64,000 nucleotides of DNA from a virus. Lineage: Duplodnaviria; Caudoviricetes. The position numbers and the translations under genes were made by a program. This document shows positions 10,703 through 21,700 of this stretch, piece after piece. The notes under the pieces were generated by a model. That model was not told the origin of the DNA. It searched no databases and saw only the letters and a list, made by a program, of their open reading frames with translations. Each line of letters opens with the position of its first letter. Position 1 is the first letter of the stretch. Location of the stretch: positions 32,001 through 96,000 of IMG/VR virus record IMGVR_UViG_3300032270_000543; one strand, written 5' to 3'.

Positions 10703-13700
10703 TTAACGGAAGCGTATTACTTTTCCGAAGTTCTCAACATATGACGACCATGTGATTCCTGGTCCAGGAACGCCGACTCCACCGCCGCTATTCTCTGATG
10801 GTTCGCTGCCGTCAGCATTACCTATGTTCATGCCACAAGTGGTGAATCCATCACCAACAAATGTTGGAAATTTTCCTTGCCAAGCACGAACAGCACCCGA
10901 ATTGTTGTACAGGAATGTGTCGCCATTACGGGTGACCAACCTCTGTGTTGCTCGCTGATCCAATACAATACGATACGATGCGGCAGAATCCGTCCAATCA
11001 TCAGACGATGTTGTCTGCAATGCTCCAGCAGAAGTTAGGCTGATAGTGGAATCATCATATGAATTCGTCACTGAAGCCCTTCTGAATATGGGATTCAACA
11101 AGTCAGGGGTTCTCATATCAGCAGACGCGCCGTCAAATGCAAACACCGATTCTGTTGAATCGTATATCGTGATGCTGCTGCGATTTCTCGCATAAATCAT
11201 GCCTTGAGAATACGAATCAGATGTGTGCAATCCATATACCGTGTTAGCATATGATGTAAACACACCAGGTGCGGTATCAGCATTGATTGTTCTGCCTGGC
11301 ACGCCAACAATGTATGCTCGTCCTAAATCCAAAGACGAAAGGCTGTTTACGCTAACGGTTTCCACTTCTGTGCTGGTGCTGTTTACCTGTGCGGGATCAC
11401 CGTGCAGGTTGTTCTTTGCAAAAATCGCTCCAACATGACCACGGCTGTTGTTGGAAAGATGCAGTGCGCTCTTGGAATATCCACGCACACACAGCGAACC
11501 AACCACAGGATTTGGTGTTGGATCGTATGCAGGATTTGCACTATTCGCGGAACTGCTAGTCTGCAAGTCACCGACAATGACAGTAGAACCGTTTCTGACA
11601 TCCACTGCACGATATCCGCCGTTCACTACACTCAAGCATTTTTCAATCTCTAGTTGAGATCCATCATAGACAGCAACGGCATTTGCAGCAGAGTTCATGT
11701 ACACCGAAGCATCGTTTCCGCCAAACGAAACAAAGTTGTTGATGTACGCTTTTCCACTGATAACATTCGTGTATCCAGTGGTGACACCATCTCGCCCGCT
11801 GACTAGAACACTGGTGTTTCCAACAAAATATTGGGCAGAGACACCCGATAGAGCAGAATCCTTGTAGAACTTGATGGAAAAGGTTGTTCCACCGTCAAGT
11901 TGAAAATTTAAGTCTTCGCGTGAGACTGTTTTGAGGGAAACTAATGGAAAAGTTGTAACTTTTACACCATACAGCGTGTAGTAACGGTATTCGGTTGCGT
12001 CTGAACCAGTAATCAATGATGCTCCGCTAGTGGAACCAAACAGAGTGGTTCCGATACCACCAGGCACAATTCCCCCCGCTACAACATAATTCACATATCC
12101 AATGTCAAAAGCGGTTCCAGTAGTATTGATCCAAGACAGTTTTGCAGCAGGATACACATTAGAGAATTCAGTTGTGTCCTGATATGCAGGGAAAGACGCT
12201 TTCGCATTTGTCTTGTCACCCATTCCTGTGAAAACAGGAACCACGATGTCCATCTTGAACTTTGGCAAATCACTGTCGCAGCGAACATGAACAGAGTTTG
12301 CGGTGAACTTGCTGTTGAACAATTCAACGGAACGAGCAGTGCTTGAAATGTATGAACCGTTGTGGCGATAATCGGCTCCGTAGTTGCGATTCAATCCTGA
12401 ACCATTTGTGAAATCTATTACAGAATTTTTAGCAACAATACCGTGTTTGCACTGTGCGGTACAAATGACTGGCGCATTGTCAAGCGTGTTCTGAACAGCA
12501 TAAGAACTCTGTCCGCTCTGTGAAGCGGAAGGAGTGCCCATAGTGAAACCTGTGTTGTCGTAGTAGGCGTAAACCTTTGAACCGTATGCAGACAGAGCGG
12601 TTCCCGTTCCAAGGAATCCAAGATGGCGAATGCCTACGCTTGAATTCTCTAAAAGCAGAGCAGTTCCGTTTGATGTGGGTGCAATGTTCTGATTGGTGAT
12701 CGCAGACAGTGCCTGAGAATAGTTTGCAGTGCTGCCTGTGGTTCCGTTGTACAGTGTGTATGGAGCAGCATTGTTAATGAAGAATATATTGCGGATTCCC
12801 TTCAGGGTTCCGTTCTTCAAGAACAGCGTTCCGTAATTAGATCCGTATGCTGCACGAATAGTCACAGGATATGTGGACAGCACATACGGATCTGTAGTGA
12901 CAGTAACGGTTGCAGAAGTACTTGCTTTGGTTGGATACAGAGTAACGGTAGAAAAATCACTTGTCCATGTGTTGTCACCGCCGTAGTAACCGTTTGGTTG
13001 AGAGTACTGTGATTCTGGATAGTTAGAACCAACACCAGCCCATGTGGATACATTGTTCAATCCACCAGCCACATCCAACGACGGACAACGAACATCTGTG
13101 TTGGTGTTTTGGAATTGTACCGCCAACAGTGAATCGCTGGTGGTGGCTCCAAGAATTCTGCCGATGCCAAGAATGCCTTCGCCTTCTTCAAACGAGCAGC
13201 CGTGATTGAAAAAGCGGTCGCCGTAGAACTGTGTAGTGTACGAACCGTCACTTGTCGTGTTGCTGTTGATGCCGAATCCACTCGCTGAACTGCTAGTTTG
13301 ATATCCGTCACGCGATCCGATTGCGGCATTCGTTATAGTGAAATACATTCCCTGATCAGGAGAAGTAAAACCGTGCTTTGTGGTGTTTGCCGTGTTTGTA
13401 GTAACACCATCAAACAGACGAATACTGCCTGTGTGTCCACCACCAGCAAAGTTCTGAATATTCCAAGTATAGTTTTGAACCTGATACAGTGTACGCTGAT
13501 TGAATGCGGCGGGATCGCCTTCAATCACGATGTTTGATCCCTGTGGGTGATACAGGTTCACGGGAGTGGAAATGGTGTACTCTCCACGCAGCAGGCGAAT
13601 GTACAGAGTGGCAGTCCCGACAATCGTATAGGTGTTTGCGACCTGAAGGGCTTTCGCAAGCGTCAAATATGGCTTTGCAAGCGTGCCGTCACCCGTGCCG

Positions 13701-13807
13701 TCATCACCCGTGGTGGCAACATAGAACACCGTATCGCTGGTGATGGTGTTGAGCGACTGTGCTGCACTGCTGCTGCTCGTTGGATACGGTAGGTGTGAAT
13801 AAGCCAT
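10703..13807 (-). CDS. Tail spike/fibre-like protein, probable beta-helix
   Basis: N-term FYVATTGDDGTGDGTLAKPYLTLAKAL..IRLLRGEY, typical of the start of beta-helical spike proteins; S/T/G/N-rich. Confidence 0.6.
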   Translation of the reverse strand: MAYSHLPYPTSSSSAAQSLNTITSDTVFYVATTGDDGTGDGTLAKPYLTLAKALQVANTYTIVGTATLYIRLLRGEYTISTPVNLYHPQGSNIVIEGDPAAFNQRTLYQVQNYTWNIQNFAGGGHTGSIRLFDGVTTNTANTTKHGFTSPDQGMYFTITNAAIGSRDGYQTSSSASGFGINSNTTSDGSYTTQFYGDRFFNHGCSFEEGEGILGIGRILGATTSDSLLAVQFQNTNTDVRCPSLDVAGGLNNVSTWAGVGSNYPESQYSQPNGYYGGDNTWTSDFSTVTLYPTKASTSATVTVTTDPYVLSTYPVTIRAAYGSNYGTLFLKNGTLKGIRNIFFINNAAPYTLYNGTTGSTANYSQALSAITNQNIAPTSNGTALLLENSSVGIRHLGFLGTGTALSAYGSKVYAYYDNTGFTMGTPSASQSGQSSYAVQNTLDNAPVICTAQCKHGIVAKNSVIDFTNGSGLNRNYGADYRHNGSYISSTARSVELFNSKFTANSVHVRCDSDLPKFKMDIVVPVFTGMGDKTNAKASFPAYQDTTEFSNVYPAAKLSWINTTGTAFDIGYVNYVVAGGIVPGGIGTTLFGSTSGASLITGSDATEYRYYTLYGVKVTTFPLVSLKTVSREDLNFQLDGGTTFSIKFYKDSALSGVSAQYFVGNTSVLVSGRDGVTTGYTNVISGKAYINNFVSFGGNDASVYMNSAANAVAVYDGSQLEIEKCLSVVNGGYRAVDVRNGSTVIVGDLQTSSSANSANPAYDPTPNPVVGSLCVRGYSKSALHLSNNSRGHVGAIFAKNNLHGDPAQVNSTSTEVETVSVNSLSSLDLGRAYIVGVPGRTINADTAPGVFTSYANTVYGLHTSDSYSQGMIYARNRSSITIYDSTESVFAFDGASADMRTPDLLNPIFRRASVTNSYDDSTISLTSAGALQTTSSDDWTDSAASYRIVLDQRATQRLVTRNGDTFLYNNSGAVRAWQGKFPTFVGDGFTTCGMNIGNADGSEPSENSGGGVGVPGPGITWSSYVENFGKVIRFR

Positions 13808-13827
13808 TTAGTGTTCCCTGATTCTAG

Positions 13828-15915
13828 TTAGGAGATGCGCCAAGCGAATCCGCTGAAATTGAAGTGTGCTGCCGCAGCAACAACTTGCGATCCACCAGCA
13901 TTCACTCCAGCATAAGATGGTTGCTGACCGTTGCTGCTATAATCAAGTCTAGTGCTTCTCGTTACATGGTACATCCATGTCTGATCGGAACTTCCAGGAA
14001 GAACAACTGGAAAATTTGTAAAAGTATTTATTGCCACGATCTGCCCAACACCAGAGTTGCTTGTCGCCTTGGGCATGAAGTTTGTGGGTGTCACCAAAAC
14101 GCTGTCAACATAATCTTTTGTCGTGAGTGTCTTTGAATGCGAACCTGCTGTGGTGCCGATGCTGCTGCGAGCCTGACCAGTAATGTCGAGCGCAACAGCA
14201 GGAGTCGTGTTTCCAATACCCACGCGACCACCGCTTGGCTGAATGGATAGAGTCAAGCCTCCGCTATTCAGCCAACCGTCAATCCAAGCCACATTGTTTG
14301 TATCGCTTACACCAAACTGCAACTGCTTGGTTCCGTTTCCAACAATCAGATTTCCGCGACTCGCTGCTCCATGATTGTTTGCAGCATGGGTAATTGTGGT
14401 GTTTGCGGACGCGACACGCAGGCGTTCCGTGTTTCCCACATTTGCAATCACATAGGAAGAACTGGACGAATTTCCGCCCTTGTCCGCTTCGAGGAACAGC
14501 GCACCAAGTTGACTGCCATTGCTGTTTGCGTTTACTTGAGCGTACTTGCCAGTGGTATCATCGCTGTCTTGCAGACGAATCTGCGGAGAAGAAGATGAAA
14601 TGTGAAGCGTGGTCTGTGGAGAAGTGGTTCCGATTCCCAGTTTTCCTGCATTGCTGAGGCGCATCTGTTCAATGCCAGAGATTCCGTCATTGGTACGGAA
14701 GATCAGGTCAGCACCAGCGTTGGTGGGTAGGATCGTTCCGTCACGCAGATCACCAACAAGCAGATTCTCGTATGGGATGTCTACACCACCAATGATGGCA
14801 GCGCGTGTATACGGCTTTGCCTTGATGATGTACCGCACCGCCAGATACGGCGGCATATTGTTTAGTACATCGTTCGACAACGGCTTGAGTACAGTTTTCG
14901 TGGTTCCACTTGCAGCAGTTGTGGTATCAAGTGTGTTCTTTTCTTCTCCACCAAATGTGCTGATAGGATATGGATTGGAAACAGCAGAGTTTGCCGCATC
15001 GGTGTATCCAAGCGGAAACCGCCCGCTCATGTTGGGCGTGTTGAAGTGGGTGAGCGATGTTCCTGTTACGGTAAATGTTCCAACTTCGCCAGAAGTTCGG
15101 AAACTGATGCTTACGCTTCCCGTTGCAAAAAATTGATTCGGAACATAGAAGTTCTGATTTGCAGACGAGAACGAATTCTTTGTTTGTACTGTTATGGTTT
15201 TCGTTGTGGTGTTTACGGCAATAACATCACCAGCAAGCGAACTGTTTCCGTCAGAAGAGGTCTGTGTGACACCATCACCAACAGTGATTCCTGTCACGCT
15301 GCTCAATGTCAGTACAGCCACATGACCGTACATGGGAGCGCGAACGCCAGAAGTGAAACGAATCTTCGCAAGTAGTTCAGGATACAGAGAAACCGAAATC
15401 GTCGTACCATCGCAAGCCAACCAAGTGATCGGAATATCGCCACCCGCAAACGGAATAACTGTTCCTACAGGTTGAATCTCGTCAATCGCAACGGTCGAAG
15501 ATCCACCAATCTGTGTTCCAAGGAAGTTGTTCAGAACATACTCTTGAGTTGACTGGTTGCGAATCAAGATGGGCTTGATGACAGCACCAATCAGACTCGG
15601 TGGCGTGAGCATGAGTTTTCCTGAATCGCTGTCGCTCAAGAACAGTACAGGAACCGTTGCGCCAGAAAGATATCCAACCGCAGACAGATCAATTTTTCCT
15701 GCAATCACAAGAGTGAACTGCGTTCCTGTAGCACTACCCACAACGCCAACAACTTCGGAGTTCAGTGCGCTATCAGCCTGAGCCTTGACATAGGTACCGC
15801 TGCTGACATCCCACCGCAGAACATCACCCACCGAAAACGAGTTTGACTGTGAAACAGTCTTGACCAGTTGATCCGTGGTTTGAACGCCGCCTGATAGGTA
15901 AAGTGATGATCCCAT
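13828..15915 (-). CDS. Tail fibre protein with tail-collar-like domain
   Basis: PVGTVIPFAGGDIPITWLACDG...YPELL and PNMSGRFPLG...NMPPYLAVRYIIKA collar motifs; GKLGIGTTSP repeats; start set at the TAATG overlap at 15915. Confidence 0.8.
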   Translation of the reverse strand: MGSSLYLSGGVQTTDQLVKTVSQSNSFSVGDVLRWDVSSGTYVKAQADSALNSEVVGVVGSATGTQFTLVIAGKIDLSAVGYLSGATVPVLFLSDSDSGKLMLTPPSLIGAVIKPILIRNQSTQEYVLNNFLGTQIGGSSTVAIDEIQPVGTVIPFAGGDIPITWLACDGTTISVSLYPELLAKIRFTSGVRAPMYGHVAVLTLSSVTGITVGDGVTQTSSDGNSSLAGDVIAVNTTTKTITVQTKNSFSSANQNFYVPNQFFATGSVSISFRTSGEVGTFTVTGTSLTHFNTPNMSGRFPLGYTDAANSAVSNPYPISTFGGEEKNTLDTTTAASGTTKTVLKPLSNDVLNNMPPYLAVRYIIKAKPYTRAAIIGGVDIPYENLLVGDLRDGTILPTNAGADLIFRTNDGISGIEQMRLSNAGKLGIGTTSPQTTLHISSSSPQIRLQDSDDTTGKYAQVNANSNGSQLGALFLEADKGGNSSSSSYVIANVGNTERLRVASANTTITHAANNHGAASRGNLIVGNGTKQLQFGVSDTNNVAWIDGWLNSGGLTLSIQPSGGRVGIGNTTPAVALDITGQARSSIGTTAGSHSKTLTTKDYVDSVLVTPTNFMPKATSNSGVGQIVAINTFTNFPVVLPGSSDQTWMYHVTRSTRLDYSSNGQQPSYAGVNAGGSQVVAAAAHFNFSGFAWRIS

Positions 15916-18581
15916 TAGGAAATTCTCCATCCAACGATGTTCAGATTCTCATTGCTGCTAATTCCCAAATCATCCGTAAATGCTTTGGCAAGAACGGGTG
16001 CTGTTATTACTTTGATGGTCAAGCCACGAGTATTACCATCGTTGTCCGTTCCGTTTTTTACTATGCACATCCATGTCTGACTAGTTCGTCCAATGGTAAT
16101 TGCAGAACCAGCCGAAGTAACATCTATTTGGAAAGGCTGACCTACCTGTGGATTTGGATTTGCTGCTTCGTTTGCTGGATTCGTAGAAAACAGAGTAGTT
16201 CCACCAGGCTTCGGCATGACATTACTTGCTGCAAAGTTTCCAACAGTGATTCCTGCGCTTGCTGTGATCAATCCTGTTGCAGTCAGGCTTCCGCCAACGG
16301 TGGCAGCACCTGTAACGCTGAGTGTGGAACGAACAGTAGCAGCACCATTTACATCAAGTGTGGTGCTTGGCAAGGTTATTCCAATGCCAACATTTCCACC
16401 CATGTATGTCATCTTGGAAGTGTTGACAACCAACAGATCGTTCATAGTGAGAGTAACGCCAACCGTAGCGGAAGTCGCAGAGGCGGTTCTCAGCAGCAAT
16501 CCACCGTTACCGAGGGTGTTTCCGACTTCAAGAGCCACACGGGGTCTGTTGCTCGATCCTGTGGTGCTTTGGTAGCCCAACGCACTTGGAACTGGACGCA
16601 ATCCGTAACCGACTACGGTGTTTCCGCTGCTGTATTGTGTACCGATTGTGTTGAGAGTTTCGGGATATGCACTGTTGTTTCCCGACTCGTTGAAGCGACT
16701 GGCGAGCAGCACGCTTCCCTGATCAGACTGATTATTTCCCGAAACAATCGTGCCTGCCACATCAAGAGTTGAGCCGCCAGATCCTGATCCAAAGAATCCA
16801 ATCTGAACGCTGCCTTTGCGATCCTTGGGGAAACGCATGACTTTCGTACCACCTGCGGTGTCTGCACCATCACGCACACCAAACTCAAGATCAGCCACGG
16901 GACCAGTCGAACCAAGGTTCCGAATCAGTAGATCGCTTAGAGTGATGTTCGTAAGATCGTTTGCTGTGGCTGCCTTGTCTCCACGATACGAGAACAGGTA
17001 TCCCGACAGGCTTCCTTCGTCATTACTAGTAGCCATGAACAGCGGCTTGCGAATGGAACCAGAGGTCAGGGGATAACTCGAACTGAATGGAGCAGTGTTG
17101 CTTTCGTATGCACCCGTGGTTCCTGCACAGTCCTTGCTCAAGAAATATACGGTTCCGCTGTTGACGGCTCCGTATTGTGCAGGTAGACAAATTCCTTGGA
17201 AAAATCCGTCCATGAGAACCGAGAACGAGCCATTAATTCCAGAGGATGCACCAGGTCCACCAATGTCTGTCACAGCAACAACCATACCAGCAACTTCGGC
17301 TTCGGCATCGCTATTAGCCTGTGCCTTTACATACACACCTTGTGTATATGTTCCTGTGGTGGCTCCATAAGTAAGACTTGTCACCGTGGAATTCCACCGC
17401 ACAAAATCGCCAATCTTGAACTGGTTGTACTGCTGAATCTCAACGCCTAGTGAGGTGGAGGTAGAAGTGTTTTGAGTTGCGCTCAGAATACCACCCGTAA
17501 ACGGATACACGATTCCAGAATTGGTTCCTGTGGCAATCAGTACTGCTTTGTGTACCTGTCCCGCTGCGATTGGAAGGGTTGGAGTGATCTTTCCTGCGGT
17601 GAACGGACTCAAGTAATACACAGTTCCTGCCACAAGAGATCCACCACCCGAAATAGCATCTATGAAATCGCCGTATATTTCACCCAAGAAAGTGATTTCA
17701 AAATTGCTCGCGTCAATTACCCGAGACACGAGTCCCACGACTTCTGCAAGCGGAGCAGAAGAAGCCCTTGCCGCAGTATAGGTTCCTGCGTTCAGGTACA
17801 CAGGCTCGCCAAACCAGAATCCGTGGTCTGCCTGATTGACAATCTTCTTGTTTACACCACCGTAGATGCTGACTGATGGCTGCGCTCCGTAAGTCGCGCC
17901 GCCGAACACTTCCATGAACACCGTAGCACCCGTTGGTGCAGTACGCGCAAACTGCGTGACACGATCTGCATAGGTGGTTCCGCTGAATGAAATCTTGAAT
18001 CCGTGATCGGATGTGTTTCCGCCGTCAATCCACAGACCCGTGCCGTGAACAGGAAGAATGCCACCATCAGCAGGATAAATTCCACTTGACGCTCCGCTGA
18101 ATCCAATACTAGTGTTTGCACGCCAGTATCCAGTGACACCACGAACCTGATTGTATTGCCACAGCCACTCTGCGGTATTTCCGCTTCCGCGATTCAGGAT
18201 CAGACCACCGCCGCCAGCAGTGTTAATGTTGGCATCGCTTGCAGCAGCAGTATCGCCAAGCACGATGTTATAGTCATCAATTGTGACCACATTTGCATTC
18301 ACGGTAAAGTGATTGGCGTTGAATGTGACATCGCCATCAAATACTATTGGACCTTCAAATGTGTGTCCCGTTTGAATGGTTTCTGCCAGATACATGGCAG
18401 CAGTACCACCATCACTAGTCACCACGGTGATGCTGCCCGTGCTGACTCCCTCGTAGACCTTCAGTTTGTTCAGTTTGTAGACACCAGTATTGGTGATGTC
18501 GCGCCAAACATTGAAAGTGTCCCCGAGTTCTACTTCGGGGATGATATACGAGTTACTGTCTGGTCCTGTGTATGAAGCCAT
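15915..18581 (-). CDS. Tail fibre / baseplate-attached fibre protein
   Basis: DTFNVWRDITN N-terminus, two AEV(V/A)G(L/M)V repeats, GNVGIG motif; C-terminal domain paralogous to the next gene. Confidence 0.7.
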   Translation of the reverse strand: MASYTGPDSNSYIIPEVELGDTFNVWRDITNTGVYKLNKLKVYEGVSTGSITVVTSDGGTAAMYLAETIQTGHTFEGPIVFDGDVTFNANHFTVNANVVTIDDYNIVLGDTAAASDANINTAGGGGLILNRGSGNTAEWLWQYNQVRGVTGYWRANTSIGFSGASSGIYPADGGILPVHGTGLWIDGGNTSDHGFKISFSGTTYADRVTQFARTAPTGATVFMEVFGGATYGAQPSVSIYGGVNKKIVNQADHGFWFGEPVYLNAGTYTAARASSAPLAEVVGLVSRVIDASNFEITFLGEIYGDFIDAISGGGSLVAGTVYYLSPFTAGKITPTLPIAAGQVHKAVLIATGTNSGIVYPFTGGILSATQNTSTSTSLGVEIQQYNQFKIGDFVRWNSTVTSLTYGATTGTYTQGVYVKAQANSDAEAEVAGMVVAVTDIGGPGASSGINGSFSVLMDGFFQGICLPAQYGAVNSGTVYFLSKDCAGTTGAYESNTAPFSSSYPLTSGSIRKPLFMATSNDEGSLSGYLFSYRGDKAATANDLTNITLSDLLIRNLGSTGPVADLEFGVRDGADTAGGTKVMRFPKDRKGSVQIGFFGSGSGGSTLDVAGTIVSGNNQSDQGSVLLASRFNESGNNSAYPETLNTIGTQYSSGNTVVGYGLRPVPSALGYQSTTGSSNRPRVALEVGNTLGNGGLLLRTASATSATVGVTLTMNDLLVVNTSKMTYMGGNVGIGITLPSTTLDVNGAATVRSTLSVTGAATVGGSLTATGLITASAGITVGNFAASNVMPKPGGTTLFSTNPANEAANPNPQVGQPFQIDVTSAGSAITIGRTSQTWMCIVKNGTDNDGNTRGLTIKVITAPVLAKAFTDDLGISSNENLNIVGWRIS

Positions 18582-18584
18582 TGT

Positions 18585-18773
18585 TTACCGTTTCTCGTTG
18601 GTTTCCAGTAGTGATTTCAGGGCTTGCAAATCGTGCTGCAACCTATTTATTTCGGCTTTCATGGCATCCATAGCGTCCGTGACATTCTTTTTTTGCAAGT
18701 AATCACGCATTGCCGATTTGTCGGCAAGCACTGCCGCCCCACTTCTGATGTCTCGTTTGTATTTTTCACTCAT
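18585..18773 (-). CDS. Small coiled-coil protein
   Basis: RDIRSGAAVL...EINRLQHDLQALKSLL; a small gene typically found after the large structural gene in T4-like phages. Confidence 0.7.
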   Translation of the reverse strand: MSEKYKRDIRSGAAVLADKSAMRDYLQKKNVTDAMDAMKAEINRLQHDLQALKSLLETNEKR

Positions 18774-18777
18774 TGCT

Positions 18778-21700
18778 TTACAGATAGAAACTGATCGTCC
18801 TGACATTTTTCAATGCAGGAGTTTCATAGTAAGTAGCAGAAGAGCCGTTCTCAGACCACATATCAACCTTGACCTGATAAGACTTGAACTCCTTGTTGGC
18901 ATCGTAGAAACGATATACTGCCTCACGGAAGTCTAGTTCCGATGTACTGGTGAAAGACGCATTTTTGCGATCAAGAGCAGTCCACGGCTTCGTGAAGATA
19001 TCGCTCTCTCCCGTCTGAGAACAACGGAAGTATACTGCAATCTGTGCTGTACTGGGAAGATTTGCGTCAAGGAACACCTGCAATCCATTCGAAACAACAT
19101 CGGGATCAAGTGTTACCACCCGTGAAACATACGATGACGGCGTAGTATCATTCAGACGCATCTCAATGCCTACCCCATACAGGGTCTGCGTATCCAAGAT
19201 CGGACTGACTGCCGTGCTTGCACCGTTCGACAGCGTATAACGCAACTGCGGAGAGTTCTCAAGCATATTCCTCAAATACAGGTTCTCATTGTTTGCAATG
19301 GCTGTATTTTCTACTCTACGGGTGATTCTGCATCCAACGGGGCTGACTTCGGATGCCGCAAACTTGATTATTTGCTTTGCCGAGCAGTTGGTTGTGCTGA
19401 AGGTAACCGTATTGTTGTTGCCGATGAATACGCAGCGTTCCATCGTGAACATCAGGTCGGTGTTGTTGTCCTGAACTGCTGGTCCGATTCCCTGCGGGAA
19501 ATACAGGGTTCCGACACGCTGATTGTTTCCACCGCGTCCCGCAATAGCATCACCGTTTGCAGTTGTGTTTATTGAACTGCCAACAGCATAGAGCGAATAC
19601 AGATTGCTGTTTGCAATAATGCAGATGGCGTACTCACCCGACTCAAGGAACACAGGGCTGCTGAACTTGAACACCGTTCCCGATGGAGAGTTTGCATCAG
19701 CATTCACAGCAGAAGCCTGTTTGGTGACTGTGCTGAACGGAACAACAACGGACGGTGAAGGATAGCCATTCACGGTTGGACGAATCTGAACCGTGACAGG
19801 CAGGCTACTGTCCTTTGTGGCAAAGAAGAGAGTAAGGCTCTTCAGGAATATGCCTTCGGGATTAGCCTTGCGGTCAACAAAGAATGTCTGCGCCAGTGGA
19901 TCGCACCACGCTGAATTTTCAAGAACATCATACGCCAGATCCACATTGAATGGATCCTTGACGATTCCTTCGCTACCAACAGTACGGCGGCGCAAAACAG
20001 GAGGACGAGTCGATACACATCCAGAATCACGCTGATTAAGAATTCCCGTGCAGTAGTACACCACCTCGGCAGCAGTGGTAGCATTCTCCGCAGAAGCAGA
20101 ATCGCTGATACGGACAACTTTCTCGCCTGCAAGAAACTGACCCGCAGGAATGCTGAAAGTTACTCCAGACACCGTTCCCGTAAAATCTGTAGTGATTCCG
20201 CTTATGACTGTATCACCATCAAAGTAAACAGATACACCAGTGTTGGGCTTTAGACCGTGGGCAGTAACTCCAATCACAGACGAGGGAACATACGGCACAA
20301 CGCTGCGATCAACCACCCTAGATCCAACAACAGTCTTGATGCGATTCTTCATTCGTGCTTGACGAATAAAGTTGCTGGTCTTCTGATTTAGTGTATCGAC
20401 AGAACGGCTAGATCCAACATGGACGCTTCCCGAATTGATATTAGGAATCACCGAAGAGTTGTTTGAATGGGGAACCTCGAATGTTCTCTTGTTGATTTCG
20501 TCTTGCTCTTCGGGTGTCTGCGGAATACCCGTCCACAGACTTTCCCAATCGTTCCATTGTGTGCCAAATCCGCGGGCATTGTTTGCATTGGACGAAAGCC
20601 AGTTGTCATTCTCCGATAGAGAGTTTGTCTTCACAACAGGACGGTACTCAAGATCAAAGAACGGAGACACCGATGTAGACAACTGCATGAATCCAAGCCA
20701 GTTCAAAGTATTGGATGGATTGACCTTTACTGTTTTGGTGTACTGCTTGTTTTCGATATAGGTAACACCGCTGTAGTTCAGAGTAATAATACCATCTGCT
20801 GAAAGAGTAGTGCCAGACAGTTCGGTAATGGTGAGGGTAGGCTTGTACTCTGTGAAGAACGGACGCAATTCTCCCCACTCATAATCAACAGAGCAGATAT
20901 TCTCACCAGAACTTACATCGGCAACAGAATGACCAAAGAATTCATCAGAGTAAACGGATGTCTTCAGGGGTTCTGTTGCAGCAGAAGATGTCTTTAGTGA
21001 ACGGGCTTCAATCTCTGCTTCGCTCAACGACAACTTGGTGAATACTTCAATATCATCCACACGCTTCTGTATCTTACCGATATCAGCCATCGTAAAGCGT
21101 TGAGTATCAACCTGTGTAACGCTTACATTAGATGGGCTATGGGTATATGCGGGAACAGAGAGTGTGCATATCGTAAGTGCATCTTCCACATCAGCGGGAG
21201 TTGATGGAGATAGGTCGGGAGTTCCCGAAACCACGAAGAACTGCGCCGAATTATCGGTAGGATTGTTACGCAGACACACCTTGTCGATTCGCGGCAGATA
21301 GTGATCATACGAAACTTCGGTGGCTGTGAATTCACCAATGGAGAATTCAGAGGTTCCGTATGGCTTCATAACAAACGACGAATCAGGATGTACATGGCGG
21401 AAATCCAAGCAGTTCGCCAAAGATACAGTGTTTCCTGTTCGTGTATTCGTAAAGAGCGGAATAGCACCATACGAAATGTCGGGATACGACAACTTTCCTA
21501 CGAATGGAGCAGACGCAAGACCACGATGTTCGAAATACGAATACGAAACCGTGAGCGTATCTTCCGCATCCCACGAAGCAACTTCAGCAACATACGATGG
21601 CTTGACAACCAATCGTCCGTATGTGTAATAAGCCTCGCGCTGACCGTCATCGTACTCAAAGTAATCGGTGACATCCGATGTTTCTGCGGTGACCGCGTTT

